DNA from: Nemertoderma westbladi
Lineage: Eukaryota; Animalia; Xenacoelomorpha
Assembly: GCA_032718475.1 (NCBI GenBank)
Contig: JAUCBJ010000200.1
Coordinates: forward strand, 35,054 to 99,053
Length of the DNA stretch: 64,000 bases
Reading direction: 5' to 3'
Shown here: one piece after another, positions 11,451-25,954 of the stretch
Layout: every line of letters begins with the position of its first letter
Numbering within the stretch: the first letter of the stretch is position 1
Program-made: the position numbers and the translations under genes
Notes under the pieces: generated by a model
The model's database searches: none
What the model was told of the DNA's origin: nothing
Seen by the model: the letters and a program-made list of their open reading frames with translations, nothing else

Positions 11451-11734
11451 TACTATCTGATCAGGCTTACACGCCTTCTGTTCAATACTGGCCTACAAAT
11501 AAATAAAACTTGACAGAAATAAGTAAACCATATAAAGGTATAAGGGGTGATCAATCCCTAATCCCTTAAACAGCCTACCGGTATGCAATAATCAAATCGA
11601 ATAATACTAGTGTAGTAGTGTACTTATACTGAAGTACCGGTTAGAACAGTTAGGCCTACTGACCTACAGAGTGTACCGGTTCAGGTTTACCGGTTGACCG
11701 GTACTCTCAACTTTATTGCTTACTGCAACAAAGA

Positions 11735-11750
11735 GGCATATATCCTTTAA
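11735..11750 (-). promoter_or_regulatory. Non-tRNA primer-binding site of copy A (TTAAAGGATATATGCC), complementary to the LTR segment 12517-12532
   Basis: Starts directly after the LTR terminal CA, has no TGG, and is 16/16 complementary to its own LTR. Confidence 0.75.
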
Positions 11751-12969
11751 TGTTCGCGCTTTCAGACCTTTGGCAGTTTAACCCGCCAAATTAAGATGTC
11801 TTCTAGATATTAAATCGCTTTTTAGCCTATGACAAGTATTTGATTCACTACACTAGTCGAAACCAATCCGTGCGCGACCATTCACCCGCTGGATATTCCC
11901 GGGAGATTGGGTTCGACGGTTTAATTTTGTTGCTATGTAAGCCTAATGTATTATTCGACTGACAGTATTATATAATCTCTGACAATATTATTCACCTTCG
12001 GTAATATTAACAGTTCCTTTAGGACGTGGCGCTTTATCTATAAACAGAGTTATGACTTAAACTACTCACAACGATATGGCTTAATTATAATTCACATATA
12101 TGGCGCATTCTTTAGGAATTGCTTCTTTAACAGACTCACTCATACACAATGCTGCACAATACTGCACACTAATCTGCCAATCTTCACTGATTTTAGTCAC
12201 ATATAAAAGGAACACAGGCTGACTCATGTAGGGTCTATCAAATAACATTGGATTCACTTCAAACCACTTTAACATAAGTCACAATCGTTATTGGTAACCT
12301 TTCTCTCTTACCTTCGGTATATCAAGAATATTGGGTTTCGGGGTTGTTTATCGTTATTCCAAATATAATAATTCATCAACCATATTATGAAGAACTGACA
12401 GTAAATAGCAGTATAAAACAACAACTGAACACTGATTGTTATGAGTTTGCAATGTTTCAGCAGTCAGTATGTATGATCAGTTAGCAGTGATTCCATGAGT
12501 TTTATCGGTACGTCAGTTAAAGGATATATGCCCTTTATAATTAAACCTACTAGTGTAAGACTAAAAACTGAAACACGGAGGTGCCAAAGCCGGTTCTTAG
12601 GCTCTGGGCAAAAACATAACACTGAACTACTGAGTTTCTGTATATACCTCCAACACAAAGACAACAAACGCTCTGATTGGTCAACCTGAACAACGAGAGA
12701 ACAGAGAAACAAAGAAACGTCGACGTGGCAATATCAGCTGCTAGCTGTCGTCATGGTAGCGACACTGTTTTCAAGAGTATCGAGCTTTTACGTCACGGAA
12801 TTACGGATTATGTCCTCTAAAGTACAAATACAGAAGAAATAGCTCTTATGTCCGCTAAAACACCAGTACAGCAAGGACACGGCCTTTTTATGCCTGGTAA
12901 ACCAACTACAGAGTACTTTACGGGAAAAATAAGGAAAAATAACCGGACAATTCAGTAAAAGCTTTTACA
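11751..12969 (-). repeat. 5' LTR of BEL copy A (1219 bp, TGTAAAAGC...GCGCGAACA)
   Basis: TG...CA termini and homology to 38113-39298 and 56302-57479. Confidence 0.95.
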
Positions 12970-13742
12970 GGGACTTCGAGCAGCACGTGATCACGTGAAC
13001 AACTAAGCTGACTGGTTAACTAGTCTGGGACTTTGAGCAGCACGTGAACAACTAAACTGGCTGGTTAACTAGTCTGGGGCTTCGAGCAGCACGTAAACAA
13101 CTAAGCTTACTGGTTAACTAGTCTGGGACTTTGAGCAGCACGTGAACAACTAAGCTGGCTGGTTAACTAGTCTGGGACTTTGAGCAGCACGTGAACAACT
13201 AAACTGGCTGGTTAACTAGTCTGGGGCTTTGAGCAGCACGTGAACAACTAAGCTGACTGGTTAACTAGTCTGGGTCTTCGAGCAGCACGTGATCACGTGA
13301 ACAACTAAGCTGACTGGTTAACTAGTCTGGGTCTTCGAGCAGCACGTGAACAACTACGCTTACTGGTTAACTAGTCTGGGACTTCGAGCAGCACGTGAAC
13401 AACTAAGCTGACTGGTTAACTAGTCTGGGACTTTGAGCAGCACGTGAACAATTAAACTGGCTGGTTAACTAGTCTGGGGCTTCGAGCAGCACGTGAACAA
13501 CTAAGCTGACTGGTTAACTAGTCTGGGTCTTCGAGCAGCACGTGATCACGTGAACAACTAAGCTGACTGGTTAACTAGTCTGGGACTTCGAGCAGCACGT
13601 GAACAATTAAACTGGCTTGTTACCTAGTTTGGAACTTCTAGCTGCACACGTGAACAACTAAGCTGACTGGTTAAATAGTCTGGGGCTTCGAGCAGCACGT
13701 GAACAACTAAACTGGCTGGTTACCTAGTCTGGGACTTCGAGC
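12970..13742. repeat. 49-bp minisatellite (about 15 units, some with an 8-bp insert) that abuts the 5' LTR of BEL copy A
   Basis: Unit GGGACTTCGAGCAGCACGTGAACAACTAAGCTGACTGGTTAACTAGTCT; an inverted copy of about one unit lies at about 14232-14302. Confidence 0.95.
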
Positions 13743-14449
13743 AAAATTGAAAATTGAGGAGGGGGGGGGGGGGGGGGGGGGGTCGGGGGATTTGGCTTAA
13801 CTTCTATCACTAAAATGTTAAGAACATTTATTATTTGCATCTATCAGTTATAATTACATCAGAGCATTAATTGAAACAATTATACACTTAATACCTAGTA
13901 TATTAATAGTAGATTTCAAGTAGATAGGTGATAGATGATAGAAAGGCGCTGTGAATTGATATTTTTTTGGCGGTTGATTATAATTACAGAAGTATCATAT
14001 TTCCAATACAAACTGTACACAATGAGCTGCAGTATGTACGTGGGTACGTACTAAAAGGTCAAGGGCTAGAGCAGTAGACTTCATACTGTAAACCTCTTAC
14101 TGTAGTAGCTACTGATACTGCATGTGCAGTAGGCCTACTGTAATAACAATAGGCTGATAGGTGTATAATGCCTCTGCCAATACTGCTATATTTGTCTATG
14201 ACATATAATATGATAAAATATTATTATGAATGAATGTGCTGTTCGAAGACCCAGACTAGTTAACCAGTCAGCTTTAGTTGTTCGCCTGCTGCTCGAAGCC
14301 CCAAAATAGAAAAAACAACAACGGATGAGTGAGTTAAGAGTTAAACTGATTCAATACTCGCTGACTTCTCTATACTATTCATGTATTCAATGTTAAAACA
14401 GATTTGAATTTACCGCCAAATATAGTATATATATAGTATATATAGTATA

Positions 14450-17400
14450 GCCTTTCCAGTACAAATTACATGTCTTTCAATCATTTGAATTTCAAAATAT
14501 AAATCTGCATACCTCCTTTAAATCGTTCTCAGTGAAAAATACACCAATGTTATCAAACTTTAAGTGGCCGAAACGTTCTCTTAACTTCTTCGTTAAAATG
14601 CAATTCAAATTAATATGAGGCTCATCCTGTATTGATTCACTATCGCAGCTACAAACCCTACATTCGCGTGGTAACCTACTCCAACGTCCGGTCTCGATAC
14701 GTAGGTTGTGGGACATCAAGCGGAGCCTACTAAAAGCTAATCGTTGATAATCTGGAATATATATATCAGAGGAAATGTAAATTTCAACGGGTTTCAATCT
14801 AGGGTTAAAAATAGTTCTATAAGTTACAAATTTTGTAGCAGAGTCAGGTTTATCTAATACTCCGTTACGTATTGAATGAAGAGGGTCAGAGTTATTATAC
14901 TCTTTAGATTTCACAAGGAGAGCATACCGGGAGTATTATTGTAGTCCCTACATAACTTTAGGATTGACACATAAGGAACATCTGAATCATTAACTGTACT
15001 GTATTTAACAACAAATTTTTTCCGGGCGGAGTTGACATAATGAGTCAAGGGGGGCAAACCTACTTCCAAACAGCACAAGGCAATGGGAGTCTGCTTACGT
15101 ACACCAAGCATTGATCTAATCATACGGTGGTAAAAATCTTCAATTGGTTTAAGATTATTTGAGAGCCGTGATTCACAACCGTATAATAGAGAGGAAATAA
15201 CACGAGCATCAAATACCTTCCGTTTAAAACGGACAAACGGAAAAAGGCATTTCTGAATTCTTAGCACAAAAAATTGAAAACTTATTCGCAGTATCCTCGC
15301 AGCAGGTTAAATGTAAATTCAATACAGTAGAAATTTTACCATCCTCTGAAAAAGGGGAGCCGAGGTATGTATATGTATCACATTGTTTAACAGATAAACC
15401 ATCCTCCAATATAGTTTCTCTATCAACATTCGAACCATTTATAACAAATAACTTTGTTTTTTTTATCGTTCGCTACCATACCAAAATCTTTACAATAAGT
15501 ATTCAATGCCTTTATTTTATCTATACAATTTGATCGCGTGGTGGAAAGAAGCACGGTATCGTCCATTAAAAGTAGTATTGATATCAAACCCAAAAAACCG
15601 TCAACCACAACTGCACCTTTCACTAATTTTACTAACTCGTTCACATAAATACAAAAAAAGAATAATACTAGATGGCGCCCCCTGGCGGACTGCAATGGCA
15701 GTGAAGATAATGGCAGAACCTAAAATTGATTTTGTGCCACAATATAGGCCTTTTATGGCATACAACATTACCTTTCCGCATCCCATATCCCTCAACAGTT
15801 CTAGCAATTTGTATCTGGGGACTCTGTCATAAGCTTTACTAAAGTCTACAAACACTATAAAGAGTTTATATTTCATAAATATTGCACAATCAATCAACAG
15901 CCGTAAAGAGACAATTTGTTCGGTACACCCCCGACCCTTCTGACCCCCCGCTTGACACTTATCAATGTTCGAACCATAACTCTAAACGTCTACTGATCAA
16001 TGTATCGTACACTTTGGCTAATGTTGACAAAATTGAAATGCCGCGATAGTTATTACAATTTGACATTGCACCAGATTTAAACAACGTTACAAGTTTAGAG
16101 GTGCACCAAACGACGCGATACCAACCATGCAAAAATATTACATTAAATATCGTTAAAAATAATATCAACCAGTTACCGGATAAAGATTTAAATAGCCCAG
16201 GCGATATACCAATATATGACTTTGAACTCTTTATGTCACTCATTGTATTAGCTAGCTCTCGATACGTGAAACTGTCGTCTAAACAAACTGCATCAGACGT
16301 TGGCGGATTAAGTAACTTATCATAATGTTCTTTAAACTGAAGTTCATTAGGCAGGTTACAATTTTCAGAGCTGTTATGCTGAATATTAAGGTTACCATTC
16401 CAGTCCAGGGCATTCCAAATATCTTTAGAATCTTTACCAATAAGTAAGTTCTCCCATATATTTAGGTTGTTATTACAATATTTAACATTTACTGGTGCCT
16501 TACAAGATCTGGCCACACAGTCTATCTTTTCCCAGCATTCTGCTAAAACGGATTCTAATGAACTTTTGGTATTACCTAGAGTGGGTGGTGTCATAGATTT
16601 TAACGCAGATTCAAAGTCAGATAACTTAACTATACGATGAGAAATAGACTTCTTCAACTTCCCAGGATCGGCGCAGTCACTTGATAATGGCAGGGTTTCA
16701 CCGAGCAAAGAAGCCATGATGTCTAGTAGCCCGCGATCCAACGGTATATCAGCCATATTTAGTCTACAGGTGCTTGGATTCTACTCAATACATAGTAGAG
16801 CATGGTCCGACCCACCAACCGATTGGTCGATCATTAGCGATTTAATCAAGTTCACTGATGAATTATTACTAATACATATATCTACTTCAGACACCCAGAT
16901 ACGCCCCTTGCGGTAGGATAATCCTCCCCCAAAACATTGCTCCTGTGTTTCTAAATGGTTGACAGGGAAACCGCCGACTGCTCTACATACAGTATATTCC
17001 TTAATACTCGACCGTTCTGATTTTGTATCTCGTCCGAAAAAAAAATGTGTTTAAGAAAAACATTATCATAAACAAATTTTTCTTTCCCAAACCTGCTGTT
17101 GAAGTCCCTAAGGACAATATAATTCTGTACACGTGCCAGACGGCTATGTAGAATGCTGAATAAGTTCTGATCGAAGTAAGGAGAGTCATATGGTGGGATG
17201 TAGCATCCACCAAAAACCAATCCATGTAGGTAAGACAGGGTAACCCAAATTTGCCCTTCAGTACTTACATCAATTTCTTGAACAAATTGCACTAGGATGT
17301 TTCGTATCAGCAGCAGAATTCCACCCCTGTGCGGATGCGATGAGGGATTCGAGTAAGCAGTAAAACCTGGTACATAAGGAAGGGTTGCGGTCTTTGTTTC

Positions 17401-17560
17401 TGAAAGCCAGACAATGTCGTAACCAGCTATAAATTTAACTAAGGAACTCTCCGAGTGAGATAGTTTATCGCGCAAGCCGCAAACATTCCAAGAACATAGT
17501 TTAATATCAAAAATGCGTGAGTCTGAATGTGCCTGAAACCCCTAGAATATAGCTGTCACA
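14450..17560 (-). pseudogene. Decayed APE-RT LINE (RTEX-like) with multiple frameshifts
   Basis: Fragments KLCSWNVCGL, WLSETK, DFNSR, NYRGISIL, FVDFSKAYD, VRQG, LLLMDD, YTYLG and RLMSHNLRIETGRW..RVCSC..QDEPH..C. Confidence 0.9.
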
Positions 17561-18114
17561 CTCCATAACACCCGTAAGAATTAAATTCCTCTCCCTCTCT
17601 TTATATCGACACGTTCGATATAAGATTGTTGCTTATCGATTACAATAGTACATACTATGTTATTCATAACTTCCCACTTTCCCAGTTTATTTAGCGTTAC
17701 AGTAAACGGCCTGAGTTCTGCCCTGACCTTTATTCGTGTCATTAACCCTTTGTTGCACTTGTTGCTTTTAGGCAACAGTTCTATTATCGGTCTTATCTCA
17801 TAGAAAAACCATCAACCAACCATTACTGCACCTTGTAGCTTATAGTAGGATAATTAAATTATCCAATAAAAACGAAGAGTCTTGGGTGGTGGGAGGTTTA
17901 AATTGTGTTGTAAGTTAACATTCAAAAATGCTGATAGGAAAATTGATATTTCTAGTTTATAAGTGTCTTTACTCTTTAGGTTGGCTTTTTTTATTCTTGC
18001 GATAATTTTGTGGTGCCAAAAAAAAATACTAACGTATTTTCTTGTATATCCTGCACCAATTACATGTATTATTGCAAATATACAGGTTTAATTTGTAATT
18101 CTAAGGCACAAAAT

Positions 18115-19345
<1,231 letters not shown>

Positions 19346-19632
19346 AATCATAAAATTTTGGCTTTTTTTGTTATATTTCACAGTATTGACACCGTTTTAT
19401 TACCAAAAAAACATAAATTTAATTGTTTTCATTAAAATCGTCTGCTCGGTGCAATAAAGGGTTAACAGTTTAACCTCTGAACCGAACTATTCAGCTTTCA
19501 GCTATTCAGCTATTCAGCTATTACCGGTCTGCCGGTATCCATTCTGCCATTTACTGATTTACCCAGTTCTGCAGTTACCTGGTCCTACTGTCCTAGGCTG
19601 GACCCTAGACATTATACAGACTTAACAGCTTA

Positions 19633-20256
19633 ATGGCTAATCCAACGATATACCAAACAGCAGGTTATAACAATAACAGTAGTTTAATGAAAATTGCCGT
19701 TATTTGTTCGAGCAACCAAAACCGCAGTATGGAAGCGCATAACTTTCTGGGGAAGAAGGGTTTCAACGTCCGATCCTTCGGCTCCGGGAATCAAGTTAAA
19801 TTGCCGGGCCCGGCCGCCGATAAACCGAACACCTACGAGTTCGATACCTCATACGACGACATGTATAAAGACTTAGAGGCGAAAGACAGAAATCTGTACA
19901 CACAGAACGGTCTGCTACACATGCTGGATCGAAACAGAAGGATAAAATCAGCGCCTGAAAGATTCCAAAACTGCTCCGAAGAGTTCGACCTTATATTCTG
20001 CTGCGAAGAAAGAGTTTACGACCAGGTGATAGACCATTTGAGTGAACGCGAGCAGATCACATACAAGCCCGTTCACGTTGTTAACTTGGACATTCAGGAC
20101 AATCACGAGGACGCTACTATAGGCGCCTTTATGATCTGCGATCTTTGTGCAATGCTTGCAGATACCGAGGATATGGACGATGAAATAGAAGAAATTATTC
20201 AGAGTTTTGAGGGAAAATGCGGCCGGGAAATTTTACATACTATGTTGGGTTACTGA
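19633..20256 (+). CDS. SSU72: RNA polymerase II CTD phosphatase Ssu72 (single coding exon)
   Basis: Catalytic CX5R motif VICSSNQNRSMEAH, then SFGSG..VKLPG, YTQNGLLHMLDRNRRIK, CEERVYD and IQDNHEDATIGA. AATAAA follows at about 20316. The start may instead be the downstream Met at 19687. Confidence 0.97.
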   Translation: MANPTIYQTAGYNNNSSLMKIAVICSSNQNRSMEAHNFLGKKGFNVRSFGSGNQVKLPGPAADKPNTYEFDTSYDDMYKDLEAKDRNLYTQNGLLHMLDRNRRIKSAPERFQNCSEEFDLIFCCEERVYDQVIDHLSEREQITYKPVHVVNLDIQDNHEDATIGAFMICDLCAMLADTEDMDDEIEEIIQSFEGKCGREILHTMLGY

Positions 20257-21075
20257 ACAGTAGTTATTTCCCATTTTCTGTTAAATCTATTTATGTATTT
20301 TATTTTTTTATCTGCAATAAAATAACCTCAAACAAATAAAAATAAAGACCCTTGCATATCTATGATATTTTGAATTGGCGCTTCTATCAGCATAACAATG
20401 ATGAATTGTGTTATTTTCTATTTTAGCCTCGCGCCTTTATAGTGCGAGGCCTGAGTGTATCCGACAATCTCTACACCAGAATTAATGAAACGAAGTTGTT
20501 GGGAGATTGTAGATATGTAAATCGTTAAAAAATTAGATAAAAATTACCACAGCGGATGGCAGAGTCGAAAAATGTACATTAGTGACAGCAAGGATAACAG
20601 TAATTATCGATAGCCGTTAAATATTATTGCATAGCCAGTCATAGGGAATTTGGTTATACGACAATCGTCGGTAATATGGCAGACCCACCAAAGTGCAAAA
20701 ATGCTGCCAAATAACTTCAGCTATTATACCACACCTCTCTACTTCCCTAAGATACTCAAGTACAAATTTATGACTGTGTAATGTATAAATTTATAATAAT
20801 TATATACGTATAAAAAGTGTATAATGAAAATTATACTTCGAAAAATTATCTCTATCAGCTTATTTATAGGGCGAAGATTGGGCGTGGGCACAGGGCGATG
20901 TTTACTCACGAGCCAAGTTTTCTGCGAAGTGCCCAGCACATAATGGATGCATTTGTAAGAAGGAGCAGGGAAGGTGTGTTTATAACAGTCTATTTTTGTA
21001 AATGTAAAGTGACACAGTAGGCAGCACCCGCGTCCAATCTTCGTCAATATATAATTACAACTTAATTAAGTGACT

Positions 21076-21760
21076 CAGGGGCGTCACAGCCACCCCTGCG
21101 ACCCCTGCACTCCAGGGGGGCGCAGGGCCAGTGGGGGCGCAGCATATTTTTGAGACAGGGGGGGGGGGGGGGAAACTCGACGCAAATGACAGCTTATTAC
21201 TCCCAAAAATAAAACAGTGACCTGTTCTATTGACTAATTGTTTTGGTCAGTGTAACGTTCCACAGTTACCTGCTCCTTTCCTAAAATTGATAATACACAA
21301 TTGAGACGAAATTTTAAATTTATTTAGAATTTTTTTTATTCCAACACAAAAAACCTAATCCATTTATTTTTCTTTAAAAAAACACAGCATTTTAAAAATA
21401 TTGTACTTTTCCTATCCAATATTATACATGTATTCCTGAGCATTTCATTTATGTATGAATAGCAAACTAAAGTACTAATACGTAATATAGTCCATTGTTG
21501 CCCAGCTAATTGTGTGAGATAAATTAGTCTTTCGAACTCCCATACCTCAGATATTTTTCAACGAAATTCAGATTGTGTTACAAATTGTTAGAAATTCAGA
21601 TTACTTTTTAATGTAAGGGGGTGGGTGAGACGTGAGGGGGTGTACGCACAAGCCAAATTTTGTAGGAAGGCTTGCATGAAGATTTAACTTTTTAATCCAC
21701 TGTAAGGGGGCGCATGCAAAATTTTGCAGGGGGGCGCATTGCGATGTTGCGACGTCACTG
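21076..21760. mobile_element. Non-autonomous hAT-type DNA transposon (685 bp)
   Basis: 8-bp TSD AAGTGACT at 21068-21075 and 21761-21768; imperfect TIRs CAGGGGCGTCACAGC / CAGTGACGTCGCAAC. Confidence 0.8.
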
Positions 21761-22579
21761 AAGTGACTGCCTAAGTGTCCGGTAACTGTAACCTGCAGAT
21801 AGGGGAGATTTTCGACGCAATAAAAATTCATCCCTCTCCAGGAGAAATTCGACGCAGATGACCTGATTACTCTCAAAAATAGAACTGTAACATGTTCTAT
21901 TGCGTTTAGTTTATTGTTTTGGTTAAAATAACGTCTAAGCAGGTGTACATAATAAATCCAGTTGCTGTGTTACATATATAAAATAGTTGTAAGTTACAAA
22001 ACTGCACATTTGCAATAATGTGAGGTAGATAATTACCGACTGGCAGTTAGTTATAGGCAAGGTACATAACGACAATAAATAAAATATCATTATGATTATA
22101 CATAGTAAATAACAATAAGATTATGTTACTAGTATATCCCCGCTAAGCTTATACCTATCATTTATGAAATAATAAATTTCGAATCCATTTCGTTATATCG
22201 GCCAAGCAATATTCTTGACCTCTCACTCCACACCGCCCGGTTGCAAGGCAATTCAATATAATATACCTCATGCAAAGTTGCAATATTTCTAATGAAAAAA
22301 TTTGTTTTGAGATTTGCCACAATTTTCTGGATTTCCGAAATAATCATAATTAAAAATGTTTTGAAAGTATTCATTTTTTTATTTTAGGTCGAACCTTCCA
22401 GTGATTGAAATAAATTTTCCAAGCTACTCTACAAACTTAGATTGCATGGAAGGCGGCACACCACGGCGGGACACCACGGCCTTGATGAAAATCCAGGATG
22501 TTAATTGGTATTCCCGCTGTCTGTCAGTCTGTAACTCATCAACAAGCTTTTGTCGATTAGTGGAAAATGATTTGAAAAA

Positions 22580-23305
22580 TTCTCTATTTCACCACACCCA
22601 CTACAGGCCGCAGATACACTGAGGTGCCGAATCCTCTATTTCACCACACCCACTACAGGCCGCAGATACACTGAAGTGCCGAATCCTCTATTTCACCACA
22701 CCCACTACAGGCCGCAGATACACTGAAGTGCCGAATCCTCTATTTCACCACACCCACTACAGGCCGCAGATACACTGAAGTGCCGAATCCTCTATTTCAC
22801 CACACCCACTACAGGCCGCAGATACACTGAAGTGCTGAATCCTCTATTTCACCACACCCACTACAGGCCGCAGATACACTGAAGTGCTGAATCCTCTATT
22901 TCACCACACCCACTACAGGCCGCAGATACACTGAAGTGCCGAATCCTCTATTTCACCACACCCACTACAGGCCGCAGATACACTGAGGTGCCGAATCATC
23001 TATTTCACCACACCCACTACAGGCTGCAGATACACTGAGGTGCCGAATCCTCTATTTCACCACACCCACTACAGGCCGCAGATACACTGAGGTGCCGAAT
23101 CCTCTATTTCACCACACCCACTACAGGCCGCAGATACACTGAGGTGCCGAATCCTCTGTTTCACCACACCCCTACAGGCCGCAGATACACTGAGGTGACG
23201 AATCCTCTATTTCACCACACCCACTACAGGCCGCAGATACACTGAGGTGCCGAATCCTCTATTACACCACAACACCCACTACAGGCCGCAGATACACTTG
23301 AGGTG
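22580..23305. repeat. 52-bp minisatellite (about 14 units)
   Basis: Unit TCCTCTATTTCACCACACCCACTACAGGCCGCAGATACACTGARGTGCCGAA, head-to-tail. Confidence 0.95.
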
Positions 23306-23729
23306 TCGACTCACCATATCTGCACCCAAAATACACATCCAAGTCGCATTTGACACAGACGTATCTGTGTTATTCGAGATTCAAGGTGCGAATATGAATT
23401 TACAGTTGATGTATAAAATAACACAGAACGAAACTGCGCCATCGGTAATTGGCGTTGTGAGATAGGAAGATTGATGTTGCAGGGATGAATGATTTATGAT
23501 ATAATTCCTTACGTGCGTGTTTGTATTAGAGATAATGTCAAGGGCATTTCGCAATGGATATCTGTGACAACTGGCCTCGCCAACTGATGATGGCAGTAGC
23601 CGTGGTAGGTAGCTAAGTACAGTACAATGCCATTAGCAATCTTGTAGAAGTAAAATAAACAATTGGCATTCCTTCGATATGATAATTTTTGTATGCCACT
23701 CGCAATAAGAAGTGCCCCGATATACTGTA

Positions 23730-23960
23730 TACCATATAGCGAACGGGACTGGCGTATTTCATAAAGTGAAGGTCTGATGAAACCTTTATATTTTTGAATA
23801 ATAGATTTTTTTGGAATGATATTTATTTAAAGCTGCGATTGATATTGAAACTCTACCTACATATTATTGATCGGATATGTTCAGTAAATATAACGGTCGT
23901 TGAGAAGGAGACACCTAAATGTCTGTGGGACTCCACAATTGGTAGGGCTGTTGCTGTAGG
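23730..23960 (-). pseudogene. Degenerate CR1/L2-like RT C-terminal fragment
   Basis: Minus-strand translation gives LPIVESHRHLGV and YKGFIRPSL..YASPV with frameshifts. Confidence 0.5.
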
Positions 23961-24993
23961 CAATGAGTGTCGATTCTACTGTTTTGAACGTTGTTACACG
24001 CCATTTAGGTGTCACTCGTGAAGTGCATTCAGCCATTCAGGTCTATGTTTAGAAAATGTGTCCTGACTGAAGGATGTTGCATACGAGTGTACGTAGGCCT
24101 ACATTGACGTATCATCTGCAAAAAGGGAAGTTGTGGATGTCAATACAATGCTGAGGTCATTTGAAATTGAGATAGTTTCACAACTCCTGGGTAGGTGAGT
24201 CAGAATTTTTGCTCTCATTTTTTAGCTACACCGACAAGCGTTTATAAAAGTTGTCTCCGCGCGATATTTACACTGTAGTTATTCTTCAAATAGTTATTTG
24301 TTGGTACTGATGGAAAGCTGGCCATGAAAGGATTAAAAATGTTACACAATCTACATTTCGGTGAAAAATAGCTGAGATATGAACGTTCAAAAGTTGCATG
24401 GTTTTGCACATTACGCGAGGCTATTATAATATATTAAATAAAAAGGCCATATTCTACAGTAGAAAATTCTGTTTATGTATGAATAGCTACATATGAGTAT
24501 GATCAAATAGACATTGCACTGTTGCGCAGCTATGTATGGGATAAACAAAATGTTCCAGAATATGACCAGTGAAAACTCACCCCTCCATTTATCAATTTTC
24601 ACTCTGTGCAAATACATCGCCGGTTTAATGTCCCTAGTGTATTCTCACTCCCCTGCTCGCTGCTCCCGGGGTATCAACCGCGGTATGGTACGACGGGGAC
24701 GGCAGGTTATAACTTCCATATAAAAGTAAATTAATAAATTCATTTTTAGCTGAGTCGCTTGCTGCAGTATTTTGCAGTTTTGAAATTCCGATCAGCCATT
24801 ACACTTTTAGAGGCAACCATCACCTGATCCCAGCCTCATCTACCGGCTTTTCTGCAGTTTACAGATTGCAAACTGCAGTAGTAGTGGCATACCGGTACAG
24901 GCACAGGCATAGGCCTATATAAAAATAATTTTCTGAAACAACTGCTGAACAGGAACTGAGGAAACAGGATTAGACAAAAAGAATACAGTTACC

Positions 24994-25917
24994 ATGACAA
25001 CTACAAGTGACCTAGACCGCCAAATAGACCAACTGCGACGCTGCGAACTAATAAAAGAGAGCGAAGTTAAATCGTTGTGCGCGAAAGTTCGTGAAATATT
25101 GATAGAGGAGAGCAACGTGCAGCGAGTTGACGCCCCGGTAACTGTTTGTGGCGACATCCACGGACAGTTCTACGATCTACGCGAACTATTCAAAGTCGGA
25201 GGCGACGTCCCGGACACCAACTATTTATTCCTCGGAGATTTCGTGGACCGAGGATTCTACAGCGTCGAGACATTCCTGTTGCTACTCGCGTTGAAAGTTC
25301 GTTACACGGATCGGATAACGCTAATCCGCGGGAACCACGAATCGCGACAGATTACCCAGGTTTACGGGTTCTATGACGAGTGTTTACGTAAGTACGGTTC
25401 AATAACGGTATGGCGGTACTGCACGGAGATCTTCGACTATCTCTCCCTCTCCGCTATTATCGACGGAAAGATTTTGTGCGTTCACGGCGGTCTCAGTCCC
25501 TCCATACAGACCCTGGACCAGATTCGGACTATAGACCGTAAGCAAGAGGTCCCCCACGACGGGCCCATGTGCGATCTCTTGTGGTCTGACCCCGAGGACA
25601 CCCAAGGCTGGGGGGTATCGCCCCGCGGTGCCGGCTATCTGTTCGGCTCCGATGTAGTACAACAATTCAACTCGACGAATAACATCGACCTCATTTGTCG
25701 CGCTCATCAGCTCGTTATGGAGGGCTACAAATGGCACTTCAATGAGACCGTTTTGACTGTTTGGTCGGCGCCGAACTACTGCTACCGGTGCGGCAATGTC
25801 GCCGCTATTCTAGAACTAGACGAACACTTACAGAGGAACTTTACGATCTTCGAAGCCGCACCCCAAGAACACCGCGGAATTCCAGCCAAAAAACCCACTC
25901 CAGATTACTTCCTCTAG
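24994..25917 (+). CDS. PPP4C: Serine/threonine-protein phosphatase 4 catalytic subunit (single coding exon)
   Basis: 307 aa with PPP motifs GDIHG, GDFVDRG, RGNHE and SAPNY. PP4-type [21 protein letters not shown]-terminus, [10 protein letters not shown] and C-terminal DYFL. Confidence 0.97.
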   Translation: MTTTSDLDRQIDQLRRCELIKESEVKSLCAKVREILIEESNVQRVDAPVTVCGDIHGQFYDLRELFKVGGDVPDTNYLFLGDFVDRGFYSVETFLLLLALKVRYTDRITLIRGNHESRQITQVYGFYDECLRKYGSITVWRYCTEIFDYLSLSAIIDGKILCVHGGLSPSIQTLDQIRTIDRKQEVPHDGPMCDLLWSDPEDTQGWGVSPRGAGYLFGSDVVQQFNSTNNIDLICRAHQLVMEGYKWHFNETVLTVWSAPNYCYRCGNVAAILELDEHLQRNFTIFEAAPQEHRGIPAKKPTPDYFL

Positions 25918-25954
25918 CCAAAAATGAGTGTAACAGTCCAGCAGTCACTATATT

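Larger units (their letters stand above)
1..12969 (-). mobile_element. BEL/Pao LTR retrotransposon copy A: internally deleted, non-autonomous Gag-PR element; 3' end lies outside the window
   Basis: 5' LTR 11751-12969 is homologous to the copy B LTRs. Leader, gag-PR and 3' region (1-1316 mirrors about 53070-54364) are colinear with copy B in inverted orientation. Confidence 0.95.

Noticed and set aside
12970-13742. CRISPR-like array (also considered for 22580-23305, 25955-26430 and 35422-35790)
   Set aside because: The units are head-to-tail with no unique spacers, the context is eukaryotic and there are no cas genes. These are ordinary minisatellites.
23584-23606. Minimal hammerhead (CTGATGA-TGGC-AGTA-GCC)
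   Set aside because: The required GAAA after stem II is absent (GTGG instead), and it lies next to a decayed LINE fragment.
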